64,000 nucleotides of DNA, from NCBI GenBank assembly GCA_048882045.1, contig JBHLRZ010000003.1:1-64000 (forward strand), given 5' to 3'. Positions 18,200 to 27,926 of this stretch are shown piece by piece; positions within the stretch are counted from its first letter, which is position 1; the number at the start of each line of letters is the position of its first letter. Source of the stretch: Candidatus Thorarchaeota archaeon. Its GTDB lineage: Archaea > Asgardarchaeota > Thorarchaeia > Thorarchaeales > Thorarchaeaceae. The translations under genes and the position numbers were made by a program. The notes under the pieces are model-generated. The model was not told where the DNA came from and made no database searches. It saw only the letters and a list, made by a program, of their open reading frames with translations.

Positions 18200-20211
18200 T
18201 TGTTTAAGATGTGAAGGAGCCAATAGACAGATTGCAATACAATCTTGAAGTTTTGGTCTGATCTGTACATATCACTCAATGCCCAATTGTCTAGGAAGAA
18301 ATTGCTTCCTGTTGCAATGAAACGACCACCATTACTGTTTTCTGAACCCGCGAGTACCGTCTTATTCACAGGATAGATGGAACCATTGTCGTGTTGCTCC
18401 ATGACCTCCACCCAGGCCAACTCATATGCGTCACCTGTGTAGTTGAGAGAACATCCATTATAGTCAAAGGATTCAATCATACGTGTCACAATATGCTCAA
18501 CCATGTTTGTGACCAATTCAGTATTTCGAACACCATTGATGACTATCGATATCACTGGGAGGTGATCATCGTTTAGAGTGAGATTGAATGCAGAGAATAG
18601 ATCGTTCACTGATTGATGATCAATACTATCGTTTGATAGAGCAGTGAAGAACAGACTTCCGCCTTGGTCATAATAGGTCTCATATACAGCAATCTCCGAC
18701 GCATCATAGTCGTAGATACTAGTTTTGAGAAAATTAATTCCATCATGATCAACCAGATAACCCCAAGCACACGGGTCAAGGAGGAATATTGCATCATAAT
18801 TGGAGAAGATATCCAGTGAGATATTTTCAGGGTGTCTTAGCTCATCAACAGCAATACCGACTTTGGTCAATGTGTAATAGAGCTCACGGAATTGACCGAA
18901 TGATGAGTCTATCGCCCAAGGAGTGTGGCTAATGTCAAATGCAACAGTCTTATGTGGTGCACGTGCATCAAATTCCAACGATAGACTCGTAAACAGATAT
19001 CCTGCGCCGTAGATTGATACAGAAGCCTCTAGATCCTCTAGCGAATCAGATGCTACTACTCTCAATTTGACAGTGAATGAACCCGTCTGATTGACGAAGA
19101 GTTGCTGTGGACCATGAATCCACTCACTATTTCGACCTCGATAGGTTATGTCCAAGGTCACATTTGAGCTGGTGTAGATTGATACTGGAATCAGTGTTGT
19201 ATGATTGATGAAGATACGCTCAAACGAAAATGGAGACTCTGTTGGAGTTATGGCAACCAATAATGGGAGTCCATTTGGTTTTTGGACACTATCAATGTAG
19301 AGTAGAGCTGTTTCAAGATCAAAGAGACCTGCTCCAACTTCCCATTCCTCATATGGAAGTTGTTTCGCGCTAATCATGATTGCAGCCTTGACCATACCAG
19401 GAGTCCAGCTCCAACCGTTATTCAGACAATGAGATATTATTTGAGTCACACCAGCTGACACAACAGGAGCAGCAAAGCTGGTCCCAACCACTGTTCTACC
19501 ATTGTCGCTGTAAAAGCCTCTAGCAGCCACTTCAGGCTTCATCAAGCGATTTCTTAGAGGGCCTATGGATGAGAACGAATAGAGTCTGTTTGCTTCATCG
19601 AGTGCGGCAACAGCGATGACTTCGGGGTAGATGGCAGGAGAATCAATTGAGCTCCCTGCTACACCACCGTCACCTCCATTGCCTGCGGCTGCAACTATTG
19701 AAACACCTCGCTCGAAAGCCCAACGGATAGTATGGCCTATATAGTCCTCCACTAGAGGAGCAAGCCCAAGACTGAGATTGATAACACTGCAGTTTTCCTC
19801 AAGAACCGCCCATCGTATTGCTTCTGCAATCGCGCGGGGCGTTGCTTCATCATTCTGTGAAACAACCTTCGCGTTCACTATCGCTACATTAGGAGCCTCG
19901 GACGCAATTATCTTTGCTACATAGGTTCCATGAGGTGAATTTCCAGGACTACTGTCACTTGTTGAGTTGTCGTCTGTCACAAAGCCATATGTCGTATTCA
20001 CGAAACTCTTTGCTGCGACTACTCGGGTTTTTAATTCCTGATCGATATCTATTCCTGAATCAATCACTGCAACCCGAATCTCAAGGTCTGGAACAGAGAA
20101 GAAAGGAGGGAGAGAGTATGCTCCTATAATGGAACTGATAACGATGATTGTAGTAAAGAGGAGAACTGTTCCACGACGTCTTGTCGGTTCTCTTTCTTCG
20201 TCCACAACCAT
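18196..20211 (-). CDS. membrane-anchored S8 subtilase with MBTPS1 (Site-1 protease)-like C-terminal domains
   Basis: Triad VAVIDSG / HGTYVA / GTSFAAP, oxyanion AAGNG; N-terminal TM; C-terminal VAFDISH...FRELYYTL...GGSL...GGRFIATG. Confidence 0.85.
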   Translation of the reverse strand: MVVDEEREPTRRRGTVLLFTTIIVISSIIGAYSLPPFFSVPDLEIRVAVIDSGIDIDQELKTRVVAAKSFVNTTYGFVTDDNSTSDSSPGNSPHGTYVAKIIASEAPNVAIVNAKVVSQNDEATPRAIAEAIRWAVLEENCSVINLSLGLAPLVEDYIGHTIRWAFERGVSIVAAAGNGGDGGVAGSSIDSPAIYPEVIAVAALDEANRLYSFSSIGPLRNRLMKPEVAARGFYSDNGRTVVGTSFAAPVVSAGVTQIISHCLNNGWSWTPGMVKAAIMISAKQLPYEEWEVGAGLFDLETALLYIDSVQKPNGLPLLVAITPTESPFSFERIFINHTTLIPVSIYTSSNVTLDITYRGRNSEWIHGPQQLFVNQTGSFTVKLRVVASDSLEDLEASVSIYGAGYLFTSLSLEFDARAPHKTVAFDISHTPWAIDSSFGQFRELYYTLTKVGIAVDELRHPENISLDIFSNYDAIFLLDPCAWGYLVDHDGINFLKTSIYDYDASEIAVYETYYDQGGSLFFTALSNDSIDHQSVNDLFSAFNLTLNDDHLPVISIVINGVRNTELVTNMVEHIVTRMIESFDYNGCSLNYTGDAYELAWVEVMEQHDNGSIYPVNKTVLAGSENSNGGRFIATGSNFFLDNWALSDMYRSDQNFKIVLQSVYWLLHILNN

Positions 20212-20296
20212 ATACTCTCAACTCAGGGGATTCTTTTTGAATAGAAACCTCATAAAGTCTGTTGGAAAGAGCAATCGATTACATGATTGAATCCAA

Positions 20297-21145
20297 ATGC
20301 TTAATTCCATTGTAAAAGTCATCAATCTGAGGTTGCATCAGTTGGTAATGGATGACCCGGACGCATTCGAACTGGAAGAATCAGAGGGCATTGGCATCTT
20401 TGAGCCCGGGACCACGATGGAAAGGGATGTAAGGGGACGCATGTCGGGAGTCTTAATTTATACTGCTGCAGGCATGGTGTTACTGTTTCTCTTTACATTC
20501 GTCATGATGATCCCTATGTTGTTGATACCTGGATTAATTGATATCAACCCCTATACTATGGAGGTCTATATTGATCCTGTAGCTCTATTGTTGTTGACTG
20601 TTGCTGAAATCGCATTTGTCATTCCACCAATGCATTATGTCAGAAAGAACGGTCTACCAATTTCAGCCATAGGCATAAAGAACATGCTCTCTGGGAAGGA
20701 TATAGTTCTTGGACTTATATTTGGTACAGTGATGCTAGGATCAAATATAGCGATAACCTGGCTGATTTCATATGCAACAGGACCAATAGCTGGAGAGGAC
20801 TTCTTTGTAGCAAGAAACATCGTCGAGCTAGTACTCTGGGTCGTTGTGATGTTTGCTCTGGTGGGTTTCACAGAGGAGCTCTTGTTCCGAGGTTTCCTGC
20901 AGCGACGTATGGACCTGTACTTCAGGGAGCGGGGAAATACCAATTACAAATTGATGTCCCTCGTCATAACGAGCTTCATCTTTGCAGTCATCCACTTTGA
21001 CATTGTTGGCCTTCCCGCGAGGTTCATCCTTGGGATGCTTTTGGGAGAACTAGCGCAGAGAAGGAACTACAACCTCATCGGACCTTCGGTTGCACACGGT
21101 TTCAACAATGCTGCTGTGGTTGTTCTGGCTTCATTAGGATTCTAA
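20297..21145 (+). CDS. CPBP (Rce1/CAAX type II, Abi) intramembrane glutamic endopeptidase
   Basis: EELLFRG, FAVIH, AHGFNN motifs; multiple TM; start may be ATG 20348. Confidence 0.9.
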   Translation: MLNSIVKVINLRLHQLVMDDPDAFELEESEGIGIFEPGTTMERDVRGRMSGVLIYTAAGMVLLFLFTFVMMIPMLLIPGLIDINPYTMEVYIDPVALLLLTVAEIAFVIPPMHYVRKNGLPISAIGIKNMLSGKDIVLGLIFGTVMLGSNIAITWLISYATGPIAGEDFFVARNIVELVLWVVVMFALVGFTEELLFRGFLQRRMDLYFRERGNTNYKLMSLVITSFIFAVIHFDIVGLPARFILGMLLGELAQRRNYNLIGPSVAHGFNNAAVVVLASLGF

Positions 21146-21152
21146 TAAGAAG

Positions 21153-21180
21153 TGAGGGATCCGATTGCGAAGATCCCTCA
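21153..21180. terminator. perfect 9-bp inverted repeat between convergent genes
   Basis: TGAGGGATC(21153-61)/GATCCCTCA(21172-80). Confidence 0.5.
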
Positions 21181-21218
21181 TAGACTTGTACGATAATGAA
21201 AGCAAACCTTAGCGAATT

Positions 21219-21422
21219 TCAAGCCTCGTACTTGAAAGCCACTTTGATGTTAGCACGGAAGGCTTCAATCTTGTTGTCCTTGACCTTACAGGTAAAGTGG
21301 TCAACATCGATTCCTACAATTCCACGAACACTCTTCGCTGCGACTGATAGTGCGTTTTTGCAGGCTTCCTCCCAGCTATTGGGCGACTCTCCGATAAGTT
21401 CGATTACTTTTACAACACTCAT
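21219..21422 (-). CDS. dodecin family flavin-binding protein
   Basis: KVIELIGESPNSWEEA...FRANIKVAF; GGAGG SD upstream. Confidence 0.9.
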   Translation of the reverse strand: MSVVKVIELIGESPNSWEEACKNALSVAAKSVRGIVGIDVDHFTCKVKDNKIEAFRANIKVAFKYEA

Positions 21423-21476
21423 AGATTATCAGACCTCCAATTGAACTCAAACACGCATTACCTTAAGGATATTGCT

Positions 21477-22634
21477 TCATGCTAGGGTCTTCTTGCGAGT
21501 AAAGATAATCCAAGCAATCAGCATGAAGATCAGCGACATAACGAGTATGATGTAGATTTCATCAAGGAACTCAAAGATGGAAACACCCTTGAATGCTGTA
21601 TCAGTCATCATTACTCGACCAAGATTGAGAGGAAAGTAATCATCGACTAGACCAACGTCGATGAAACCAGTACCGACTATTACTGAGCCGAATAATAAGA
21701 AGAGAAACGATTGATTGGCTTGAAGACGTGTAGTTACAACTGTAGAGATTAGGACACCCAGAGAAGCACCTGAAAAAGACATCAATGCTAACACAAAATT
21801 GAGAATATGATAAACTGCCCACGCATTGATGTTAAAGAGTAATTGCCACAAGACAAGTAGAAACTGCGTTTGAAGCATACCCACTACGAAATATGCACAG
21901 ACCTTAGCTATGACGGCTTCCATCTTTGTAGCAGGTGTCAGAAGCATCCGATTGAGTGGTACATCACCCACAATTGCTTGGGCAGCAGTCGCTGCAACAG
22001 CAATGAACACAGCAAATACTATCATGAAAACTCCGAACGTTGCCTCAAAACCGCCTCCGCCAGGGGGTTGAAACTCAGCATACCTCTCTGTAGCAATTTC
22101 TCGTTGAGACCACCCATGATCGGTTCTAAATTCATGCACAACATCAGAGATTACTCCAGTTATTGACATTTGGGCATTCAGGTCAGTACTGCTGACGTGA
22201 ACATCTATGAAGGCAGGAATGTCGCCAGTGATGTTCCCTTCAAACCCGTATGGAATGACAATGTAGGCTTTGACACGATCGAAATACAGAGCGTCTAAAG
22301 CATCCACTTCATCTTCAAAGACTTGTACAATAAGATCCACACTGTTCGTCAGGTACCATGTGAAATTCTCTGAAAGGTCTTGGCTTGGAAATGTGTCTGT
22401 CGGATCCATATCTACAACTCCAATTCGAGAGGCATCCGGACTCTTTCCAGTTTCAGGGATGATGGTGATGGGACTGGGATTTGTGGCAATATACATTGTA
22501 GCCATAATCATCGTGGGTAGTATGAAAATCAGAAGTAGAGCGAACTTGTCGTTTTGAATCAGCCTAAGTTCTTTGAGAAACATAGATCTGATTCGCCACA
22601 GCTTTGTGTTCTTTTTCTCGCCCACTTTAGACAA
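21477..22634 (-). CDS. ABC-2 family permease (YbhR/YhhJ-like)
   Basis: KELRLIQND, extracellular GVVDMD...YIVIPYGF, RMLLTP...AK; 6 TM. Confidence 0.85.
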   Translation of the reverse strand: MSKVGEKKNTKLWRIRSMFLKELRLIQNDKFALLLIFILPTMIMATMYIATNPSPITIIPETGKSPDASRIGVVDMDPTDTFPSQDLSENFTWYLTNSVDLIVQVFEDEVDALDALYFDRVKAYIVIPYGFEGNITGDIPAFIDVHVSSTDLNAQMSITGVISDVVHEFRTDHGWSQREIATERYAEFQPPGGGGFEATFGVFMIVFAVFIAVAATAAQAIVGDVPLNRMLLTPATKMEAVIAKVCAYFVVGMLQTQFLLVLWQLLFNINAWAVYHILNFVLALMSFSGASLGVLISTVVTTRLQANQSFLFLLFGSVIVGTGFIDVGLVDDYFPLNLGRVMMTDTAFKGVSIFEFLDEIYIILVMSLIFMLIAWIIFTRKKTLA

Positions 22635-22681
22635 TGAGTATTCACCTGAGTTCTCAGTCCCAAATTTCAGCTGGAGCCCTT

Positions 22682-23611
22682 TTATGACTTTTCTGCGCTA
22701 CTGAGTAGGCCAAGAACCTCAGCACTCATGAGTAAGTAAAGCACCTTCGTTCCAGCTTCTCCCCACTCAGCAGATTTCTCCTGGACCTGCTTTGCATTCA
22801 TCCTCTGTCCGTCGTTGAAGAGTTTACCAAGTATCTTCTGGATGACTAAATCATCATAGGCAAAGACAGAGAAATCGCCAAGTCCAGCCAGGGATAGAAC
22901 CTTTGTTGTCCACACACCAATCCCATGTATGGGTTTTAATCGTTCAAGAACTCGTTCATATGGAATTCCAACAAGTGAATCTAGCTCGAGACTACCTTCT
23001 GCAATGCGAGATGCTACACCATGGATATACTCAGTCTTATACCCGAATCCATACTCCTTGAGACCCTCAGGCCCCTTTTCTGCAATTGTTGTGGCATCTG
23101 GAAAGTGATACCATGATTGTCCTTCGTAAGTTATAGGACTGGTTAATTCCAGAATCATTCGCTTCGTGAAGATGTTGGCGGAGCGGTAAGAAACCTGTTG
23201 TTGAATGATGGTCTTAATCAATGCCTCATAAGGAGTAGGTGACATATAGGGTCTGATACCAGCTACACCAGAAACCAGATGCGATATGGCTTCATCTTTA
23301 GCCATGCATTTCAAAGCGTCGTCGAAATTAATACCCAAACCCAACGTTTTCACAACCAACGCCTTGAGAGTACTCCAAGGTAGCTTGGTTTTTGAGTAAT
23401 CAATTCTGAGGTCATCTCCGGGATTAGATTGCCTGATAATCAGTGCAAACTTATCACCATGCATTGAATGAGCACGTCCAAAGTAACCTTTTCCTGTCTG
23501 CTCTGGAACTGGTTGAATATCTGGATATATCCATGAGTGGACTGATGCTAGCAGATCATACCCTGATGGAACTTCGATTCTAAATGACAATAGTGTTCTT
23601 GCAATCTTCAC
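22682..23611 (-). CDS. HhH-GPD DNA glycosylase (AlkA/Ogg1-like)
   Basis: PYEALIKTIIQQQVS, FPDA, KTEYI, LKPIHGIGVWT, DDLVIQK. Confidence 0.9.
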   Translation of the reverse strand: MKIARTLLSFRIEVPSGYDLLASVHSWIYPDIQPVPEQTGKGYFGRAHSMHGDKFALIIRQSNPGDDLRIDYSKTKLPWSTLKALVVKTLGLGINFDDALKCMAKDEAISHLVSGVAGIRPYMSPTPYEALIKTIIQQQVSYRSANIFTKRMILELTSPITYEGQSWYHFPDATTIAEKGPEGLKEYGFGYKTEYIHGVASRIAEGSLELDSLVGIPYERVLERLKPIHGIGVWTTKVLSLAGLGDFSVFAYDDLVIQKILGKLFNDGQRMNAKQVQEKSAEWGEAGTKVLYLLMSAEVLGLLSSAEKS

Positions 23612-23661
23612 AGCATCACTGTTATAACCACAGCGAAATGCTTGTAGACCGAGGATTTGCT

Positions 23662-24003
23662 ATGACAGATGTGTCGAATCAAGAGAATGCACGACCAGTG
23701 AATGCAATTCTTCTGATTCTTGCGGCGATATTGTTGAATGTTGGTCTGTTTATTGTCCTCGTTATTTTTGCTCCATTCGTTTCAGGTCTTATTGTAGGGT
23801 ATTTGTCTGGAAAAGCAAAGGAAGGAACAGGGGTAGGATTCATTGGAGCCCTCCTGAGTTATTTTACTATTATGCTTCTAACTGAGTTCCTCACAGGATT
23901 TCCAACTGATCCACTGATTATACTTTCTTCAATTCTTCTGATGGGAGTCATTGGAGCTCTTGGTGGGATACTAGGAGCATGGATTCGGACTCGTACAAAA
24001 TAG
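23662..24003 (+). CDS. small 4-TM membrane protein (DUF5518-like)
   Basis: APFVSGLIVGYL, GALGGILG; ATG 23662 chosen to avoid overlap with the divergent gene. Confidence 0.65.
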   Translation: MTDVSNQENARPVNAILLILAAILLNVGLFIVLVIFAPFVSGLIVGYLSGKAKEGTGVGFIGALLSYFTIMLLTEFLTGFPTDPLIILSSILLMGVIGALGGILGAWIRTRTK

Positions 24004-24004
24004 C

Positions 24005-25156
24005 CTAAGTATCCACTTTGATTTTACCCGGAGTGAAATCAGCATTGGGACCGATGGTTGAACTCCTTAGTGGATTGCCAAAAAGGACCCATTCGGATAC
24101 TGAAACTGCATGATCGAGAGTCATTGTAGTTGTTTCACCCCGACGAACACTCTCAAGTTCTGCTAGAACCTTAGGATCTAGATTCTCTGTTAATGCTCTG
24201 TCTACAGATATCTTGACCTGACCAATAAGCTCGTGAGAATCAAGCTCATCCAAGAAACCAAACTTCCAGCCGTCACAGTAAGGGCAGAAACGCCAGTCAT
24301 CAAATGGTTCTGTGTTGTTCATCGTGTCCAGGGTTGCACCAATATAGCATGCACCTTGTTTGAGAAATGCCTTTAGTAGAGGTCCTTCCTGAGCCGTACT
24401 ACATGCTTCAGAATAGACGACAGGATATCCTTCAAACTTGATGGACTCAGCTTGGTCATAGCTGAGAATGACAGAATTATGAGTTGCCCATCGATCTGGT
24501 GTACCGTGAATTCTTGAAGTAAAGACACCATCGGAGAACTGGAGAATGAACTCACACACGGAGAGAAGTTTACAATCTTCCTTTGTGAATCGATCTAAGA
24601 CCTCTACATCGAATCCCAAGGCAACCAGACTATCCACATGTATATCGGACCGTTTTGGCTGGCTATCAAATACAACTGCTATGTTGCTATCAACAATGAA
24701 TGGATCCATATGATACAAGACTGTTTTAGGAGGGCCGAAGATTCGGCCAACTGGAAAATCAGGAATTGAGTCATCGTCTAGGTCTTGGAGAAACCAGTCT
24801 GTGAAAGCATAGTCGTTTTGATAGGAAATCTGTGTAGCAGGCAGTTCTTTATTGGTGCCGATCAATAAAACCCCCTTGTGAAAAGACGGGTCATAGTTCT
24901 GTTTGATTGTTTTGTGAGTGAGAACCCACGACTTGCCCTTCTCAGCAATGAAATCACAGTCTAGTGTTTCTGCTTTGGCTCTGTAACGAGAGAGATTGTC
25001 CTCTCCAACCTTTCCAGCTACAACGAGCATGCGTTTCAGGACATCACGGTTTATACGAGCTACATCAAAATGAAGGTCTTTTTCTGAACGTTGAGTTCTC
25101 AAATGCTTCTTTATTTCGTTGATACTACCTAGATGTCCCTTCCTGATTATATTCAT
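24005..25156 (-). CDS. peptidase C25 (gingipain-like, clan CD) family protein without signal peptide
   Basis: VLLIG, TDWFLQDLDDDSIPDFPVGRI, IHG (His), PVVYSEACST (Cys), WVLFGNP. Confidence 0.7.
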   Translation of the reverse strand: MNIIRKGHLGSINEIKKHLRTQRSEKDLHFDVARINRDVLKRMLVVAGKVGEDNLSRYRAKAETLDCDFIAEKGKSWVLTHKTIKQNYDPSFHKGVLLIGTNKELPATQISYQNDYAFTDWFLQDLDDDSIPDFPVGRIFGPPKTVLYHMDPFIVDSNIAVVFDSQPKRSDIHVDSLVALGFDVEVLDRFTKEDCKLLSVCEFILQFSDGVFTSRIHGTPDRWATHNSVILSYDQAESIKFEGYPVVYSEACSTAQEGPLLKAFLKQGACYIGATLDTMNNTEPFDDWRFCPYCDGWKFGFLDELDSHELIGQVKISVDRALTENLDPKVLAELESVRRGETTTMTLDHAVSVSEWVLFGNPLRSSTIGPNADFTPGKIKVDT

Positions 25157-25230
25157 GACATTTTGATTTGAAGCACAACTGATAATTACTGTTACGTGTC
25201 TGGCCCTCATCTCAGAGCGGCGAAAAAAGC

Positions 25231-25881
25231 ATGAAATCGGAAATTGAGATAATATCCCTAGACTTGGATGGAGTGCTCTATGATGGTCTGTACGCAGCAG
25301 TAGCAGTTGGCCAGGAACTGGGTCTGGGTAGCAAATTCGACGATCTGTTTAGACGAATTGCAGCAGAAAAGATGAACCATCACGAATCTATAATCGAGGG
25401 GTCTAAAGTCTGGATAGGGATTCCCGTTGACGGACCGTATCAGGAGCTAATAGATTCAATCCCACTCATGAAAGGAGCAAAAGAAACTGTCGCTTTATTG
25501 AAGAAGACCGGATTTGAGGTCGGTTGCATTTCAAGTGGAGTGAGTCAGTTCTTCATGAAGCCCTTCAGTAAAAGGCTGCACCTTGATTTTGCCTATTCCA
25601 ATATTCTAGGTGAAACAGATGGAAAACATGACGGAACGACTCAATATGTCATGGGAGGTCCACAGAAGGCAGAAACAATTCTGAAGCACGTTGAAGATAG
25701 AGGTCTTTCACAAAGCAACATTGCTAGTGTGGGAAACGGTACAAATGACATTGAACTGTTCACTGTATCAGCTCTCAGTATTGCATTTAATCCATTACAC
25801 GTTTCAGTAAGTGACACAGCATCAGTCACTGTCGAGTCAAAGGACTTGCGTTCTATTCTCCCATATTTCGAGAAGAGCTAG
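25231..25881 (+). CDS. HAD phosphatase, phosphoserine phosphatase (SerB)-like
   Basis: DLDGVL, ISSG, AYSNIL, QKAE, VGNGTNDIELF, IAFNP. Confidence 0.8.
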   Translation: MKSEIEIISLDLDGVLYDGLYAAVAVGQELGLGSKFDDLFRRIAAEKMNHHESIIEGSKVWIGIPVDGPYQELIDSIPLMKGAKETVALLKKTGFEVGCISSGVSQFFMKPFSKRLHLDFAYSNILGETDGKHDGTTQYVMGGPQKAETILKHVEDRGLSQSNIASVGNGTNDIELFTVSALSIAFNPLHVSVSDTASVTVESKDLRSILPYFEKS

Positions 25882-27014
25882 CCAAGAATCTTATGAAATG
25901 CATTCTTGATTTGTTCCTTTTCATCACCTGTGAGACTTGGATGAACTGGAATATCGAAGTGTCGTTGCCCGATTTCTTCTGAAACTGGCAAGGTGACTGC
26001 AGAGTAGTCTGGATAGTCAACATACTTTGCCCAACGCCAGTCTTGTATATTGAGGTAGGTATCTTGCTTATGGCAAGGTAATGCGTATACAGCTCTAGAT
26101 CCAACACCCTCATCTCTTAGGGATTTCACCATGTCATCTCTGTCAAGCTTTTCCGAATAGAGTCTTGGAGCATATAGATGATAGCCAGACTTGAATCCAG
26201 GTTCTTCGACCTGCGGTCTAATCGACTCGAACTCTGTAAAGAAATCATTGAACTCCTGACCGTTCTTCTGCCGCTCTTTCACAAGGCCAGGCAATCGCCT
26301 CGCCTGAACCAGGCCAATTGCAGAAACGAGGTCCATCATTCGATTGTTGTACCCAACCCTGAAATGGGAGTATCCTCCCTGTTTTCCTCGACCATGGTTC
26401 TTTATCATGAGCATCTTATCATACAGCTCTTCATTGTTTGTGGTAATCATTCCCCCTTCTCCAGTCATGAGATTCTTGGTTGCATAGAATGAGAACGTTG
26501 CAGCATCACCAAATGAACCAGCCAGCTTTCCGTCAATTTCACCACCGTGAGCCTGACATGCATCCTCCAGAACAAGGAGGTCATGTGACTCTGCTATCTC
26601 GAGGATAGGCTTCATGTCAGCAGGGAGTCCAAAAATATGCACAGGCATTATGGCTCGAGTCTTCTCAGTGATTGCATCCTCAATGAGTTCAGGATCAATA
26701 TTGTAAGTATCAGGATTGATGTCAACAAAGATGGGAATCGCACCCATCATGGAGATTGAGTTTGCAGAAGCAATGAAAGTGAAGGGCGAAGTAATTACTT
26801 CGTCACCGGGCTGTATGTCCATAGCCTCTAGAGCTGTACTTAGTGCAGTTGTTCCATTGGATGTAACTGTTGCAAACTTTGTACCAATATACTCTGAGAA
26901 AACTTTCTCGAATTCACGAGAAACCTTCCCCTCAGATAGCATACCTGACTCTAAGACTTTTCTCACAGATTCTTTTTCCTCTTCACCAATCACAGGCTTT
27001 GCAAACGGAATCAT
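25878..27014 (-). CDS. DegT/DnrJ/EryC1/StrS PLP-dependent sugar aminotransferase
   Basis: SNGTTAL, GDEVITSPFTFIAS, MPVHIFG, EDACQAHG, SFYATKNLMTGEGG. Confidence 0.95.
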   Translation of the reverse strand: MIPFAKPVIGEEEKESVRKVLESGMLSEGKVSREFEKVFSEYIGTKFATVTSNGTTALSTALEAMDIQPGDEVITSPFTFIASANSISMMGAIPIFVDINPDTYNIDPELIEDAITEKTRAIMPVHIFGLPADMKPILEIAESHDLLVLEDACQAHGGEIDGKLAGSFGDAATFSFYATKNLMTGEGGMITTNNEELYDKMLMIKNHGRGKQGGYSHFRVGYNNRMMDLVSAIGLVQARRLPGLVKERQKNGQEFNDFFTEFESIRPQVEEPGFKSGYHLYAPRLYSEKLDRDDMVKSLRDEGVGSRAVYALPCHKQDTYLNIQDWRWAKYVDYPDYSAVTLPVSEEIGQRHFDIPVHPSLTGDEKEQIKNAFHKILG

Positions 27015-27082
27015 ACCAATTCACAAGTGGGAGAGTATCCACCCCTGATAAAACGCTTTGGCATTGTGAAAGATTGTACTGA

Positions 27083-27640
27083 TTACTCTGGATTGTCCTT
27101 TGAAGATTCCTTGAGTTCTTTTTCTGCTTCGCGATAAAACGCTGACCTACGGCGATTCTCAATAAGTCCTACGATCCCCACCGACGCACTCATGGAAACC
27201 AAAGCCACAAGCATGTAGAGCAGGTTTGCCAAATAGAAGATTAGTGCTAGAGCAAGACCGCTCATGAATCCCGTAGTTGCTCTGACAAAGTTAGTCGTTT
27301 TACGGGGAGTCAGCCTCTGACTCATCCAATCCACTATGGTTGTATATCCCAAGAAGACTGATAGAAAGAACCAGAACCAGTCAGGTTGCAGTGGGATGCG
27401 TAGAGTAAAGAGAACTATTAGTCCAAGTCCAAGTCCTCCATAAATCCCTGAACATCTGCCACAGAAATACAAAGACCTACCCATTACTGTGACGCGAAGA
27501 CAGTGTCCATACATTGACGGAGGATGATGCGATAGCAACATCTGTAATCCTTCAGAATAGTCACTAGATCTATGCATGTCCTTAAGAGCAAGCTCGTCAT
27601 AGTGTTCTTGTCGAATTTCTTCTCCATTCACTGTAAGCAC
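27083..27640 (-). CDS. DUF2085-like membrane protein
   Basis: SHH...CGRCSGIYGG, VDWMSQ, NFVRATTG; 4 TM. Confidence 0.75.
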   Translation of the reverse strand: MLTVNGEEIRQEHYDELALKDMHRSSDYSEGLQMLLSHHPPSMYGHCLRVTVMGRSLYFCGRCSGIYGGLGLGLIVLFTLRIPLQPDWFWFFLSVFLGYTTIVDWMSQRLTPRKTTNFVRATTGFMSGLALALIFYLANLLYMLVALVSMSASVGIVGLIENRRRSAFYREAEKELKESSKDNPE

Positions 27641-27709
27641 TAATCGACAATCCCAAGTCGGGTCTTAAAACCTCTCGCATCCGGTATTCTCATTTCAATC
27701 TTAAACTGC

Positions 27710-27784
27710 AACCAATAATTGGTTTAGAATTTCTTAAAGTGAAAATGTCCTACTTTTACAGGTCTATGAACCTCAATATAGGTT
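27710..27784. promoter_or_regulatory. two AACC-N7/8-GGTT palindromes upstream of the ferredoxin-AOR operon (possible operator)
   Basis: AACCAAT-A-ATTGGTT (27710-24) and AACCT-CAATAT-AGGTT (27769-84) in an AT-rich divergent intergenic region. Confidence 0.3.
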
Positions 27785-27926
27785 GAAACCCCTATTGCTC
27801 TTCTAGGAGTGTTTAAAGGCAATAGAACGAAATGCACCATCAAACATAACGAGAACGGGACCATTTAATAATGGGTTCATTGAATATGGCCTGACTTTAA
27901 CTATCTCACGTCTGGATGGAAATGAA

